Source: Geosiphon pyriformis uo1
Lineage: Eukaryota > Fungi > Glomeromycota
Assembly: GCA_016748015.1 (NCBI GenBank)
Contig: JAAOMT010000376.1
Span: 165,104 to 211,980 of the forward strand
Direction: 5' to 3'
Length of the DNA stretch: 46,877 nucleotides
Positions 1 through 10,136 of the stretch are shown here, piece after piece. The translations under genes were made by a program, and so were the position numbers. How positions within the stretch are numbered: the first letter of the stretch is position 1; every line of letters begins with the position of its first letter. The notes below the pieces were generated by a model that did no database searches, was not told where the DNA came from, and was given only the letters and a program-made list of their open reading frames with translations.

Positions 1-852
1 CATATTTCCTTATCTTCAATATTCTTACAAATCAAACCATTTTAGAATTTAAAATATATAAATACTTTTTTCATTTCCTAAACTTTTTAAACTTTTAATA
101 TAGATATTTATTAAATTCTCGTTATAAAAAAATCAAGATTATTTTTTATTTTATTTATTTATTTATTTAAAATTTACATAGATTATTCATTGGTTGGATT
201 TTTCAATTTTTAATTAATTCCTATCGAATGATTTGAATATTTTTTAATATTTTTAATATTTTTTCAATAATCAGTGATATTTAATATTTTAGGAAAATTA
301 TTTCAACAGTTATTTTTAATAAATTTTACTATAAAATAATTAAGTTACTAAAAAAAATTAATTAATTGAGAATTCTAAGGCTTTGATAAAAATTAGTTAT
401 AAAATAGCCAAATTGGAAACTATTAGCCTAAAAAGTTAAGAAACACTATTAATTTCGCAAATTAAATTCAAGTGTTTCTATATTATTATTATTATTATTG
501 TTGTTGTTGTTATAAAACCAACAAAACAAATAAAATTTATCATCATAAATTTAGACCATCTAATTCAGAGTAAAATTAATTAATTCAATAATGTTAATAT
601 AATTTTTTTTATTTAAATTAAATTGAAATTTTTTATTTACTTTAACAGTTTAAATTAATTTTAAAAATATTAAATTTTTTTATCATCAATTATTTAATAA
701 AAATGAGTTTTAATTATATTAATTATTTATGCGTGAGAAACATGTGGAATCCGCTTCAGATGGTGGCTGACATCAATAAATTTTTTGGTTCAAAGTTTTT
801 TAATAGTTGTTTCAATAAGAAGATAGTATAGTGTAGTGTAGTCTTGGTCGGC

Positions 853-1492
853 TCGGGTGGCTGGCCCACATGTTGTAAGTACATGATCAACTTCTAATGT
901 ATGGTAATCGGGTTGTACATAAATAGTCAATGGTTGGGCTTCTCATGTATGCATAATTAAAATTGATATATATATTTATTAATTTGTTTTATAAGTCATA
1001 TAATTTACAAACTTGATTAAAATTTTGCAATGATTATATGCTTAATCCTTATTTTCATTTTTATAATAATAAAATTAAATATAAATAATGGAAATAAAAT
1101 ATATTAAAATAAATTTTATATTTTTTTAAAATATTTAAATAATAATTATAAAATACTTTTTTATTCATTTATTTATTTATTTATAATAAATAATAATATT
1201 TTGTATTAAAATTTTTATTTGAATTAAATAAATATAATTAATTGTTTTTATGGTTTTTATTAATATTTTTTAATTATGTTTTAATATTAAATTAATTTAT
1301 ATTTTAATAAATTTATATTTTTTCATGTTAATTTTTTTAATATATATTTATTCTCATTGATCTTAAACTAATTAATTTTTTTTATCTTGCTTTATTGAAT
1401 ATAATCTAACCCACCATATATCTAATTAAAACATATACATGTTTTATGTTAAGCATGACTCATGCACTTTCTACATGTGACTAGCCACCCGA
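853..1492. mobile_element. Candidate MITE / non-autonomous TIR element (imperfect ~33-bp terminal inverted repeats around an AT-rich core)
   Basis: TCGGGTGGCTGGCCCACATGTTGTAAGTACATGA (853-886) is an imperfect reverse complement of TCATGCACTTTCTACATGTGACTAGCCACCCGA (1460-1492). No TSD is visible. Confidence 0.35.
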
Positions 1493-1547
1493 ATAAATTA
1501 TTTAATTATAATAATAACATAAATATAAATATATTTTTTATTCATTC

Positions 1548-1628
1548 CTTATTATTATTATTATTATTATTATTATTTTATATATTTATTATTTATTTAT
1601 TTTTATTTTTATTTTTATTTTTATTTTT
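1548..1628. repeat. (TTA)n / (TTTTTA)n low-complexity microsatellite
   Basis: Direct reading of the sequence. Confidence 0.8.
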
Positions 1629-1970
1629 GAATCTTTGTATTTTTCCGTTTAATTGACTTCTTTTGCATCATGTAAACAAAAAATGAATGTTTTTTCAGCT
1701 TATTTCAAAATTAAACATTAAATATATACTATATACTATATATTTATTATTCAATTGTAAATTTCAATATTCATTTTTTTGAAATAATTTATATATTAAT
1801 GATCAAAACTAACCTTCGACTTATTACCGCGATCAACAACTAAATCAGGTTGAGTCAAATATTAGACTTTTATAAATGGAAATGCCGGTTACACTAAACA
1901 GCCTCAGGCGAACCGGGCTCGACAAGTAGGTCACTCAGCTAATGCAATTTTTCATGATTAACACTCAAAA

Positions 1971-3963
1971 ATGAAAGGCAAACAAAAGGCCGAACAAAAT
2001 TTGCAAGAAATTGGTACAGCTGCAAAAGCCAAGAAAAATACCCGCAAATCAAATGCGGTTACTCAGGACTCTGACATACCTTCAAGTCCCAAAAAACCAA
2101 GGGTATCTCGAAAACCAAAAGATCCTGCGGATGGAACTTCAACCACAAAAAAGACCCGAAAATCGAATGCTACGGCTGATTCCTCAACCTCGAATCAGAC
2201 ATTGACGGCTTATGGATCTTCTAACAACAATTCTATTCCCTCTACTTCTCAAGATTTGGAGATTTACTTAAATTCTTTAAACGATGAATCACCTCATGAG
2301 GCAGAGTATCAACCTTACGAAAGAATTGGCAACATTCATACAGAAGAAATACCTGGGCGCTTGGCTAGTTTGGCTCCTATCAAACAAGGAAAACGAACAA
2401 ACTCCGCAGCTAATAATGCAGCCTCTGTACCTAACCTTTCTCGCATTTTGGCCGTCAGCAAAAACCTCATAATCAAGAAAGAAGAGGAAGTTAAGGTGAG
2501 AATAATCATTTGTTGAAAAGCTTAAACATAATGGTAATTGCGAAAATTAGCGTTCAACCCGTTTTCCAATGATTTTTAGGTATTTGACGGGGGAAATAAG
2601 ATATGAATACCACTTTTCTTTTTAATACAAATTTTTTATTATATACATAGGCCGAAGAGAGGGAGGAGGAACGGGCAAAGGAGGAGGATTTTGAACAAAA
2701 ATATTTCCTTACCATAGGTGGCAGCGTAAAAACAGCTTTTTTACCAAAAAAGCGACGTGCAAGACCCAGAACACCCCCAGACATCATAAGTATGGACATA
2801 GATGCCAATCAATTAAATTTAGGGCTTGACAATGATTCACCAAAGGATATGTTAAGACAAGGAAGGAGACCCCGATTCAATCCAGTTCAAGCCGCTTCCG
2901 GTCCTTTTTCATTAGGCGCAACCAATGATGCTGATACTCCCTCTTCAAATGGAGAAGTAACTGGAGATGGATTTCCTAGAGCTTATGTCGACAATAAATT
3001 AAAGGAAGAAATTGAAAACGCTGATCTTATTAAAGATGTTCTAGGAAAAGATCCCTGGGATCCTATCGCAGTTTTTGGGGAAGAACAAGAAATCCCGCTT
3101 TTTCCAACAGATGAAGTGCTGCATCGCGAAGTTCATCTTGGCGATATCGGCTTTGAACGCATATATGACAAGGATGGGAACTTTATAGAAGAAAAACAAA
3201 AGCCTTTGTACGGCTTACAAGAAGCGGTTAGGATAATATTAATTCATTAGATGATTATTATTATTATTATTATAATACAAGGTCTAAGTGATTTTTTGAT
3301 TTAGGATGATGACCTCTTTATGATCCAAATGCCTTCTATTCTCCCTCAATTCTATCCTCCCCGAAGTGTAAAGTTCATCCAGACAAAAAATGGAGTAGAT
3401 CCTAGCTCTTCTAAAAAGCCACGTACCGAAGAGCCAAGTAATATTGAGACAATCGACACAAGCGATGAATATCCAATGGCTGAAGCGCCTGAAGGAATGA
3501 TTGGACATATCGTTGTATACAAAGATTCTAAGATGAAAATGATAATGGGGGATCTTGAATTTGATGTCTGTATCTCTTCATTTTAACTTGATGTTAATGA
3601 TATTAATATTATCTTTTTCTTTTATATACTTTACAGGTGTTTCCTGCTTCTAATATACGATTTCTACAAAGCGCGGTTGCTATAGATACTGAAGAAGACA
3701 AAGGTATCTATGAGCTTGGTCATATCTCCCAACAGTGGCTTGTTGCCCCAAATATTACTTCCATGTTAGACAGCCTCGAAGATTCCGATGTAGAAGACGT
3801 TTCTACCACCTCAATAGAAAAAATTAGCCTAAAAAAAGTTCCCCCGAAAGAAGTTGACTTAAAAAGAAATGATCAATTAGAAGCTGATCCAAAAGGAAAA
3901 AAGAGTGCCTTCCATTTTGAAAACAATGACCTCATCCAAAATACCAAAAATCGACGTGTATGA
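1971..3963 (+). CDS. RPC4: DNA-directed RNA polymerase III subunit RPC4 (Rpc53/POLR3D), 4 exons: ~1971-2495, 2651-3226, 3305-3565, 3637-3963
   Basis: GT-AG introns join four ORF-track segments in phase 0. A long low-complexity N-terminus precedes the C-terminal motif GMIGHIVVYKDSKMKMIMGDLEFDV/FPASNIRFLQSAVAID...YELGHISQQWLVAP, typical of the RNA_pol_Rpc4 domain. Confidence 0.8.
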
Positions 3964-4726
3964 AGATGCCGGCCTTATCGAAAAGACAATTGTAAATATC
4001 ATGTAGAAATTACTTTACCTAATAATATTAATGTTAATCATATAAAGCTAGTACTACCGGAGGTGATTTTTTACTTTACCAATCACTATCTCAAATTTTG
4101 AAATCAAAATTATTCCAAAACCGATTTTATTTAATGGCGAAACATATAATCTAATACTTTGTATGCCCGCCGTTATTAGCAATACAAATTTCACTTCGGC
4201 GAGGCATTGATCGAACTAAATAATGATAAAATATTGTGAAATTACTGCCCATTCTCGGCTCCAATACGTAATTTTGCCTGCTAAACTATTTGAACAGCAT
4301 CTCACAGCTTTGGCAATGTTTACATTCTTGTGGCCAAGTTTTTTTGTCATTGATGTTTCTTTTTTGCAAATTGATGAAATCTTTCTCATTGTCCATTTTT
4401 TTGTGAAATAATTTTGTATATAGGAAAGAATGTATTTTGGATCAAAATAAACATGGTAACCAATTAGATAAGTGGTACATATACATTAATTGGCAAATTT
4501 GTTATTTTTTGTAATATCTTTTATACTTAGCATAATTGTAATCAAAAAATTACAAACTCAATATGATCACTTTCAAAATTAGAAATTAAAATATTGGGTA
4601 TATTTATACTATAATATTAATTACTTATTTTACATTTTAAATTTTATTTGTATTTTTTAATATTATTTTAAATTTTTAAGTTAATTTGAGTTTAAAAATA
4701 ATAATTTAAAGTAATATAATTTAAAA

Positions 4727-6269
4727 TTTTTTTTTTATTAATGCTTAATAAGTACAGTCCAACTACTATCTAAAAGTATAAAATCAAACAAGATTCTAAA
4801 TTAAGTATGATTCATGCTTTTTATATACGTAACCAACTACTTAAGCTAATTAAGATAACATTACATATCTAAATTACTTATTATAAGAACATTATCTAAA
4901 AAACCAAAATTTAATCTAAACAGACAGAAATGCAATTTAAAGCAAATATAGATATCCAATTTAACACCAAAATTACAAACCACTTCAGAAAACCACAAAA
5001 ATAACAAACTAAATACTAAAAAAACAGCAGACTTATTACATAATAAAAAATCATGTTTTTTGTAAAAAGATTGCAACTCAGCTACTAACAGTTAAACAAC
5101 AAATCTGTAATTTTTGGCAAGACTATGAACCAATTTGACAACTATTATACTGCTCTCAGACCTAATGTTAACACAATATATTGTGTTAGCCACTTAATTC
5201 TTCAAAACAAAGCTCTTAACCAGCATTGTATATAAATTAACAGATAACTTAGCATTGCACAGAGATTAAATAATTACACTTTCTATAGCAAAGGAATTTA
5301 ACAATCTATTCTATTACAAAATAGTGGTTGACAACAATTTTTTCCTAATACTATTATTATATATGCATAAAAAAGTGTAATTAGAATTCTCTAACAATTT
5401 ACATTAGATGCAATTCACACTTAAATACTTCAAATTATATAATCTCTTCTTTTTACTTACTAATAACTAGCAGTACAGTGCTTTTATAAAGTAAAATCAA
5501 AGTGCTGCTAACAACAAACTAGTATAATCTGAACAAATTTTGTTATCTAAATGCCAAACATTAAAAGTTCTAGTCATATCAAAACTGCTACCAATGCTTA
5601 TATTTATAATGTCTACAGCACACCTGAATTTTTATTCAATAAAATTAACCACATTGAACAAATTTTTAACAAAGTAATAAGCATTCCTAGAAATTAGTCT
5701 GTCTTCAATATTAAAAAAATAACACAGTATTTTAAGAGGTAATATAAACCCAGAAACAGTTGCAGCATTGGTGTAAAAATCAGCATGCTCATTTTTGATA
5801 TTATCAAAATGGCTTTTAATCTTTCTCTACATAACCAATAAATTTTTTTTTGAAATAATTTAACAAATATACTTTTTTTCAATCCAGTATTTATTGCAAA
5901 AATCAAGACCAAACACACTTCTGCCATAATTGTACATATTTAGTGAAGCTTGATTGTTTGTGAACAAAGTAACAGAGCTGGTAATCAGTATGCAGTCTAA
6001 TACAAAAACAATAACCTACAACTCCACCAAAGTCAATAACAACAAATCATATATCTTAATTCCAACATTTGTGTCAACATTCAAAAAATAGACAGCAATA
6101 CCACTATAAGCATCAATCAAACCCAAACTCTTGACAAAACCATTTGTATAAACTTTCACAAAACTTGAATCAGAACTCAATAAATATTTGTAAACATAAT
6201 CAAAATCAAAAAAGTAAACAAAAAGAGTAAAATAAGAAGCCAAAATTTTTTTTTCATTTGCCAAACCAC
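4727..6269 (-). mobile_element. Degenerate 3' part of a non-LTR retrotransposon (RNase H domain, CCHC zf-RVT-like finger, poly-A tail), cut off at 6269 by LTR element A
   Basis: Minus-strand translation through stops gives VYTNG (VYTDG), TLVEL*VI (xAELQAI), FTNNQASL (TDSQ), KIKSHF..IKNEHAD (KVKGH..GNE.AD), then C-x2-C...FLC. The T-run at 4727-4736 reads as an A-tail on the minus strand. Confidence 0.7.
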
Positions 6270-7104
6270 TGTTACTCATAGAATATAAAAAATATAATAT
6301 TATTAGTTAGTAGGTATTAGCCAATCAGAAATAGACGTAGTAAATATGGAATTTCAGAATTCCTTTCAGAAGAATTGCAGGATTCCAGGAATTTCAGGAT
6401 TCCCCAATGAGGAATTGCAGGATTCCAGAATTCCAGGATTCCTTTCATTAGGAATCCCAAGATTCCTGTCACAAAGAATTGAGGAATTAAGGAATTTCAA
6501 TTATGTATATATAGCAGTAAAATTAGAAGCTGAAAAGACAGACCTCTGAAGTTTAGATTTAATTTAAGCAACTCTCCAAAAATCACAATTATCTAATAAA
6601 TAACTATTTGTTATCTTAAATCTATTTCCACTATCAACACTTAATCACACTGGAACAATAGCTCTTGATCATGGCTATTAACAGAATACTAACTTGCAAA
6701 TCACCTTGGCTTATTTCTTTTCTTTTTTTATTTTCTTTTTTTTTCTTCATTTTCTTGCTTTGAGTTTATTGTTGTTTACTAATTCTATTGAGGATTAATG
6801 CATGGGGCACTGATGTCAGGATAAACGTGACTGGTAAAAGATCCAGAAATAAGGGTAAAACACTCAATTGAGAATAGCTTACCAGGAGGAATACTGGCCA
6901 TTAAGCTAAGAAAAAAATTGACAAAACTGCAGTTTTGGGAAGCTATGAATAAAATTATCACCATTAAATTTCTGTCTATTATATAAAGAACTCAACCAAA
7001 ACCTTCAGATACAAACCTTCAGATCATTATCAACTGTGACTTGATTTAAGCACCAAGTTACAGGTTTTTATTTAATTCAACAAAAGAAATATTCACCTGT
7101 AACA
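6270..7104 (+). repeat. 5' LTR of element A (family-A LTR)
   Basis: TGTTAC...TGTAACA termini, CCAAT box (~6319-6329), GGAATTCC/GGATTCC repeat array and TATA-like TATATATAG (~6506). Followed by the PBS. Confidence 0.9.
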
Positions 7105-7106
7105 TT

Positions 7107-7122
7107 TGGTGCTCCCTGTGAG
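7107..7122 (+). promoter_or_regulatory. Primer-binding site TGGTGCTCCCTGTGAG (probably tRNA-Ile(UAU))
   Basis: Lies 2 nt after the LTR end and begins TGG. The reverse complement CTCACAGGGAGCACCA resembles the 3' end of eukaryotic tRNA-Ile(UAU) as I recall it (..CCTCACCTGGAGCA-CCA). Homologous PBSs are at 18404-18420 (-), ~28957-28973 (-) and from 10094 (+). Confidence 0.7.
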
Positions 7123-7248
7123 ATATAATCTTACAGAGAACCAACACCATCCAAAAGTGGCAGAATCAGAAAATATAGGAGCAAACCATTTAGGATTCGC
7201 GAAATCCTTGTTTCAACAATACAGCCAACAATTAAGATTAAACAGTAA

Positions 7249-8031
7249 TGGTTTCAACAAATCCCAATTGTTTTGGTTTTCTCGGCTGAGTTTAGCTATT
7301 GCTTCACACAATGTTTTGTTGAATCTTTTGACTAATCCATTGGTTTGTGGATGGTATGGTGATGATAATGGCCTCTTAATTCCGAATTTTTGGTTCAATT
7401 CTGTTAATGTTTTGTTCACAAAATGAGTTCCTTGGTCTGATAATAATTCTTTTGGACATCCATGTTGACAGATCAAATCTTGATGAATGAATTTGGCAAT
7501 GGATTCTGCATCCACTTTTTGAATTGCTTTTGCCTTTGGCCATTTAGTGAGATAGTCCATGACTACTGCTATATATCTGTTTCCTCCACTGGTGATTGTT
7601 AATGGTCCAACTAAATCAATTCCAATATGGTCAAATGGTTGTCCTACTTTGATTGGTCTTAACAGTTTACTGGGTTTCATACCTCCTCTTCACTGACAAG
7701 CATCACAATTTTGAACATATTGGATGATGTCTGGCTATATTGATAGCCAATAGTATCTTTTTTTGGTTCTTTTCATGGTTGCTTCTTTGTGAAAATGTTC
7801 TGCTGTTGGATTTGAGTACATGTTGAATAATATTGTCTTTTTTTCTGGTTCTGTAATTACTCTGGTTGGTTGATCTGGATCTTTTCTATTTTTCTGATAA
7901 AGTATATTTTGGTGAGTGATAAAATATTTTGATTGTTGTTTGATACTCTTTCGTTCCGTTTGAGATAAATTCTCCTTGAACTGTTGAGTGTTTATATAAT
8001 GTTGAAGTTGTTGATATTTTTGTATGTTCAT
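7249..8031 (-). pseudogene. Integrase of element C (3'-truncated)
   Basis: Starts MNIQKYQ. HHCC region (..AEHFHK..YYW..CDAC), GIDLVGP, SDQGTHF, SPYHPQTNGLV(K/E)RFN. Confidence 0.9.
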
Positions 8032-8094
8032 CTTTTGTTATATTTTTCATTGGTATTGTTCTGGTTTTGTTATATTTTTGGATTTGAAATGTTC

Positions 8095-9110
8095 TTAGAT
8101 TTGTCTCATTCATGACAAACTGTCAGCATTTTCATTATCTTTTCCCTTTTTATAATGTATAGTATAATTGTATGGTGTGAGTGCCATTTTCCATCTTGAC
8201 TGTCTTCCATCTCCAAATTCTTGTTTTTGAAGTGATGTTAATCCCTTGTGATTTGTGTATACTTCAAACTTCTGGCTCAAGTATTCTTTCCATTTCATGA
8301 CTGACCAGTATATTGCTAAGTATTCTTGTTCCAGTGTTCCATAGTTTTTTTTGGCTGGTGTTAAATCTCTGCTGACATATGCTACTGGATGTTTTCTGCT
8401 GTCTGATCTTCTTTGAGATAATACTGCTCCCAATGTTTGGCCAAATGCATCAGTAGTAATGATAAATGGTTTGCTGTGATCTGGATAGATCAGTACTGGA
8501 GCTTGAATAAGTTTTTCTTTCAGAATATTAAAAGCTTCTTGTTGACTTTCTGTCCATTCATATTTTGTATTTTTGGTTTGCAGTTGGTTGAGTGGCTGCA
8601 CTATCTTGGAAAAGTTTTTGATAAAACGTCAATAATAGCTGGCAAATTCTAAGAATGATTTCAGTTCTGTCATATTGGTGGGCACTGGAAAGTTCTTTAC
8701 TATCTCTATTTTTTCTGGATCTGTTTTGATGCCGTCTTTATTGATTATGTGTTCCAAGAATTTTAGTTCTGTCTTGCCAAAAAAGCATTTTGTTGTATTT
8801 AACTTTAGTTTTGCTCTTCTTAATCTTTCGAACACTTGTTGAAAATGATGAAAATAATCATCAAATGTTTTTGAGAATACGTTGGTGTCATCCAAGTATA
8901 CAACTACTGATTTCCACAATAAGCCAGTATAGACCATTTCTATTAGCCGTTGGAAAGTGGCTGGTGCATTGGTTAAACTGAATGGCATTACTTCAAATTC
9001 GAAATTTCTTTCTCTCATGGTAAATGCCATCTTTTCTTTGTCAGCTGGATCTATGGCCACTTGCCAATAACCACTGTTCAAGTCTAATATTAAGAACCAT
9101 TTGTTCTCAC
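8095..9110 (-). pseudogene. RT (C-terminal part) and RNase H of element C
   Basis: SGYWQV, MPF(G)[26 protein letters not shown](D)HKGL, GKDNENAD.LS. Confidence 0.9.
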
Positions 9111-10091
9111 TGTTATCAGACAAAATTAGAGACATTGTTTAACATGAAATTACCCTTATAAATCTTATCATTAATTAGCATATATTATCGTTTCAAATTA
9201 TCACTTATTATATTAGTAAAATATCCGAAATTATCATTTAATTAATAACCCAATTTGTATATAACACAAATGTAACCTAATTGCAATGATCAATCATGCA
9301 ATACCCGAACTATGTAACATTCAAAAAGTTCGCCAAAATTTGTAAGAAATTTGCCGAAATAATTGATAATTTGCCGAAATATCTAATAGTTCGCAGAAAT
9401 AACTTGTAGTTCGCCGAAATGTATCTTTAGTTCAGCAAAATTATAGAAAATAGCAAAGTTCAAGTTTATAGAATAGTGTTATGACAAGTTGTATAAAAGA
9501 AGAGCTTTTCTCTTTGAGGAAATATATCTTACTTTAGATTTATCTCTTAAAACTATTTCTATACACACAAAAAGAAATAAATATCAAATAATTCAAAAAA
9601 CCAAATTCTTTAATTATTGTACTTCGAAAAACCCCCAAAACCCAACTAACATTTCGAAATTGATTAGCTACCAATTTCAGTAAACTGTTAGTGACTCCAG
9701 GCCTGGATAGAAAACGTTTCCCTTAACAGAATTCAATTTTTTTTACTTTTTTTTTACTTTTCTTTTATTTTCTTATTATAATTATTAGGGTAGTTTACAG
9801 ACAAGATTCCTGTAGAAAAGTTGACTTTCACAGCAAAGTAACTACACATTTTTAGTGAGCTTCCAGATGAGCAATTCCTGGGAAAGAGTTGATGTTTACT
9901 ACAACATAACTACATAAAGTAACTGGCAAGGAATTGGCCATTCCACTTATAAGCCCAGTAATTCAAATTATAAGAGATAATTTGAAGATAAATTCAGTTA
10001 TTGGAGGTTCAACCACATCCAAAAAACGTGAATTCACAGCAAACAGCCATCAACAACATTAAAAAAAAGAGACCAAAAACCTCCGGTAACA
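9111..10091 (+). repeat. 5' LTR of element B (family-B LTR)
   Basis: TG...CA ends, TTCGCCGAAAT repeat array (~9329-9441), TATAAAAG (~9492). Followed by TTTGGTGCTC. Confidence 0.8.
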
Positions 10092-10136
10092 TTTGGTGCT
10101 CTCCCATGGAAACAACACAGCAAAAACAACTTCAAA

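Noticed and set aside
1462-1656. 64-aa hydrophobic ORF
   Set aside because: It is a translation of the TTA/TTTTTA microsatellite.
6346-6549. Short ORFs in LTRs (also 19011-19208, 33126-33335)
   Set aside because: They arise from the U3 repeat array; starts and stops are not conserved among LTR copies.
6805-6870. CTGATG in LTR as a hammerhead ribozyme core
   Set aside because: It reads CTGATGTC, not CTGANGA, and I could not place a GAAA with supporting stems.
9329-9441. Regularly spaced repeats resembling a CRISPR array
   Set aside because: Units are ~11 bp with ~10-bp spacers inside a eukaryotic LTR; no cas genes.
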